Shown here: piece by piece, positions 20,639 to 23,165 of the stretch | Layout: each line of letters starts with the position of its first letter | How positions within the stretch are numbered: the stretch's first letter is position 1 | Assembly (NCBI GenBank): GCA_037447605.1 | Contig: JBBHKD010000027.1 | Location: 1-23,165 of the forward strand | Length of the DNA stretch: 23,165 nucleotides | Reading direction: 5' to 3' | Source: Zygnema circumcarinatum SAG 698-1b | Taxonomy: Eukaryota; Plantae; Zygnematophyceae | Translations under genes and position numbers: made by a program | The notes under the pieces: generated by a model | What the model saw: only the letters and a program-made list of their open reading frames with translations | Database searches by the model: none | What the model was told of the DNA's origin: nothing

Positions 20639-20700
20639 ATAATCTTATCAACACAAAATGAGAGACCCTCTCTCAAATAGCCCAATAAACTCAAAAGCCC
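20639..20700 (-). repeat. 62-bp inverted copy of B 3' LTR segment 20347-20408
   Basis: Reverse complement matches 61/62 positions. Confidence 0.95.
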
Positions 20701-21076
20701 AGGAACAGAGATGCAGAGACAAGAAGGAGACAGCAACAGAGGGGAGTAGCGAGGGAGTACCCCTTCGCCTTGGCGTCTTTGCCCACCACTCTCCCGTGGT
20801 GCTTATGAGATCCGTGAGGACGCGGTTGCTGGAAAGAGGGCGCTGGTCGGGGGAGAAAGAAAATTACGAAATAGGCTTTTGCAATAGAACACGCGGGCGT
20901 GATGGTGTATTGGCCGCGCAGCCTCGGGCAGCTGGCCGGCCCCGCCATTTGTTTTATGGAGATCTCGCCTAGGACGCCGCTGCGACTGCAAGTGCGAAGT
21001 CGGACGGATCTTTCACATTGACTAAAGGATCGGCAATTCATTGACAACCATTGATGGCAATGTATTGACGCTCATC

Positions 21077-21503
21077 GTTGGCAACCAAATGACCGTTGTT
21101 AACCAAGGCATCCAATCGTTCCAAAACCGCCGAATGGTTACGGCCCCAAGATCCATCGGGTTGGCAACCTAATGGTTGTTTTGGTCCGCTAAATCAATCG
21201 GGTTGGCAACCAAATAATGTGGTTGTTTCAGCCCCGCGAATCATAAAGTTGGCAACCGGGCCGAATGGTTGCCTACCGCTGATCCACCGGTTGGCAATCA
21301 CCGACCGTGGGTTTGAACCGCTGGCATCCACCCGGTTGGCAACCGCCGGTCGGTTGTTTCGTCCGCTAACCACCGGGTTGGCAACCGAATGGGTTGTTTC
21401 GATCCGGCTGGCACTAGTTGGCAAACTACCGAACGGGTTATATATATCCATTAAATCAAATGGTTGGCAACCATTAAATCACTAGTTGTCAACGTTGGCA
21501 ACC
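21077..21503. repeat. Degenerate ~40-46 bp minisatellite with palindromic core GGTTG-G-CAACC
   Basis: Cores at 21077, (21118 degenerate), 21159, 21201, 21247, 21289, 21334, 21376, 21416, 21462 and 21493. Inter-core sequences share aatggttgtttc...ccgct...atccacc. Confidence 0.88.
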
Positions 21504-22064
21504 CACCAAAAACACATACCACTCCATTTTGAGCCCCTACATCTCCCTACACGCTTGACTTACAAGAAACTATTGGGCTTCCCTATTTGAAGTACTCAAT
21601 GAACCCCAAGCCTAGCCCTAACCCTAAATCTGACTCCGCTTCCTCCTCAAGGATTCCCCGACCGGCCACACAAAGCGCTAAGACTCATGCTCTAATGCAT
21701 AAAACAAAAACAACAAGACAAAATAAATTCGCCAGAAAGACGCCCATCCACCCAAGAGAAGAAAATGAGCACAAAAACACACACATCAAGTAAAGATTCG
21801 TGATTTTCGATGATCACATACGCTTGACAAAATTCATATCAAATTTCAAAGCGCAAGTAATTTTGCTGAATATAAAAAGATCAGCTAAAAGCAAAGTGGA
21901 AGTTTCAAAAGAAAATAACGCAAGACTTCAAAATTACTATGAACTAATTTACAAATTACATATGAAATGAAGTTACGTTTTCAAGATCGAAGCCTTTTAA
22001 CTCAAATTCTTAGACTCTACCACACTTTTTAAACTCCTAAATGACACTCTAACCTTTCCTTAAC

Positions 22065-22160
22065 ACCCACCCTCCCTCTCTTCTCTCTCTATCCTTCTTT
22101 TTCTCACTCCATCCTCTCTCCCATTCCTCTCTCCTTCCTTATCTTCCTCCCTCCTCCTCC
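22065..22160. repeat. CT-rich low-complexity tract
   Basis: Nearly pure pyrimidine run on the + strand directly abutting LTR fragment D. Confidence 0.8.
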
Positions 22161-22164
22161 AATA

Positions 22165-22449
22165 TGTTGAAGCAGGGTTTGCTCCTCTTCATCTCCGCCA
22201 CCATGTCATCGAACTCGAGTTCCCTGACGGATGAACCTATTCAAACACTCAAAGCTCTATCATCTTTGCATTTCCACTCATCGCCCATATCAATGAATGG
22301 CTACAAAGCATAAGCACGCCGAAATCACAATGAGAGAGTAAGCGCCAGAGAAAGTTTCACTTCTAAAACTCCTTATAATAAAACTGTCTTCCCACAATGA
22401 AGTTCTCCCACTACTTCAAGGTCCCTCTCACTCACTACCTCACGACACA
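22165..22449 (-). mobile_element. Truncated C-type LTR fragment D (R/U5 end only; solo or 3' LTR)
   Basis: tgttgaagcagggtttgctcc...ctaaaactccttataataaaac...ctcactcactacctcacgacaca matches 13058-~13344. There is no PBS next to its CA end, and homology stops at 22449. Confidence 0.9.
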
Positions 22450-22453
22450 TTCC

Positions 22454-23165
22454 GGAATGCGGAATGCGGAATGCGGAATGCAGAATGCGGAATGCGGAAT
22501 GCGGAACGCGGAATGCGGAATGCGGAATGCGGAATGCGGAATGCGGAATGCGGAATGCGGAATGCGGAATGCGGAATGCGGAATGCGGAATGAATGCGGA
22601 ATGCGGAATGCGGAATGCGAAAATGCGGAATGCGGAATGCGGAATGCGGAATGCGGAATGCGGAATGCGGAATGCGGAATGCGGAATGCGGAATGCGGAA
22701 TGCGGAATGCGGAATGTGGAATGCGGAATGGGGAATGCGAAAAGCGGAATGAGGAATGTGGAATGCAGAATGCGGAATGCGGAATGCGGAATGTGGAATG
22801 TGAATGCGGAATGCGGAATGCGGAATGCGGAATGCGGAATGCGGAATGCGGAATGCGGAATGCGGAATGCGGAATGCGGAATGCGGAATGCGGAATGCGG
22901 AATGCGGAATGCGGAATGCGAAATGCGGAATGCGGAATGCGGAATGGGGAATGCGGAATGCGGAATGCGGAAATGCGGAATGCGGAATGCGGAATGCGGA
23001 ATGCGGAATGCGGAATGCGGAATGCGGAATGGGGAATGCGGAATGCGGAATGAGGGATGCGGAATGCGGAATGCGGAATGTGGAATGCGGAATGTGGAAT
23101 GTAGAATGCGGAATGCGGAATGCGGAATGCGGAATGCGAATGCGGAATGCGGAATGCGGAATGCA
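22454..23165 (+). repeat. (GGAATGC)n heptamer tandem array, about 100 units, open at the window end
   Basis: 712 bp of near-perfect 7-bp repeats with scattered variants (GGAATGT, AGAATGC, GGAATGG). Confidence 0.98.

Noticed and set aside
1396-20882. 15-bp inverted match gcaaaagcctatttc (1396-1410) / gaaataggcttttgc (20868-20882) as TIRs of a DNA transposon enclosing the nest
   Set aside because: No TSD, poor extension and partly low-complexity sequence; plausible by chance.
2620-21030. actaaaggat in both flanks (2620-2629, 21021-21030) as a long TSD
   Set aside because: Hundreds of bases from the element ends, and 10-mer matches are expected by chance in 23 kb.
20658-21047. ORFs 20658-20972 and 20691-21047 in the right flank
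   Set aside because: No recognisable motifs; they begin within the inverted LTR copy.
21077-21503. CRISPR-like appearance (palindromic repeat plus ~32-nt spacers); also ORFs 21096-21485 and 21194-21451
   Set aside because: The spacers are homologous to one another, the repeat is only 11 bp, there are no cas genes and the context is eukaryotic. The ORFs merely translate the minisatellite.
21611-21628. cctagccctaaccctaaa (and aaccctaa at 310-317) as interstitial telomere or telobox
   Set aside because: Only two to three degenerate units; too short to support a call.
22449-22458. aTTCcgGAAt as a heat-shock element at the satellite junction
   Set aside because: Only two inverted nGAAn units. 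The rest of the array has direct repeats at 7-bp spacing, not the alternating 5-bp HSE architecture.
22397-23053. 218-aa ORF of MRNAECG repeats
   Set aside because: Translation artifact of a 7-bp tandem repeat (3 units = 7 codons, no stops). Similar heptamer runs are recalled from some bacterial genomes, but there is no bacterial gene context here.

Overview
Eukaryotic, green-plant-type genomic DNA, judged from the plant initiator tRNA-Met primer-binding site (PBS) and an exon of a plant plastidic-glucose-transporter-like MFS gene; the species cannot be determined. About 17.6 kb (2992-20620) is a nest of three Ty1/copia LTR retrotransposons of one family. Host element B lies on the + strand. 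Element A (- strand) is inserted in B's 5' LTR, and element C (- strand, 13058-19425, TSD atcat/accat) splits B's RNase H at 'VQYH|YVRE'. All have the gag-PR-IN-RT-RNH order and ~0.95-1.05 kb LTRs with divergent U3 regions; two CCHC knuckles are readable in A and B. Unusually, gag begins 87 nt inside the LTR and reads through the PBS. B has no clean TSD, is bounded by the dinucleotides expected of unprocessed cDNA ends (AT-TG...CA-AG), and has inverted copies of its own LTR sequence in both flanks. The left flank carries a short transporter exon (769-897, -), a CCGTAC cluster, a tRNA-like/SINE-like head with a purine/pyrimidine tail and a hairpin cluster. The right flank carries a ~43-bp minisatellite with a palindromic GGTTGGCAACC core, then a truncated fourth LTR fused via a palindromic junction to about 100 units of (GGAATGC)n running off the window end. 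Garbled blocks alternate with intact ones, which suggests uneven long-read consensus quality, so frameshifts may not be biological.
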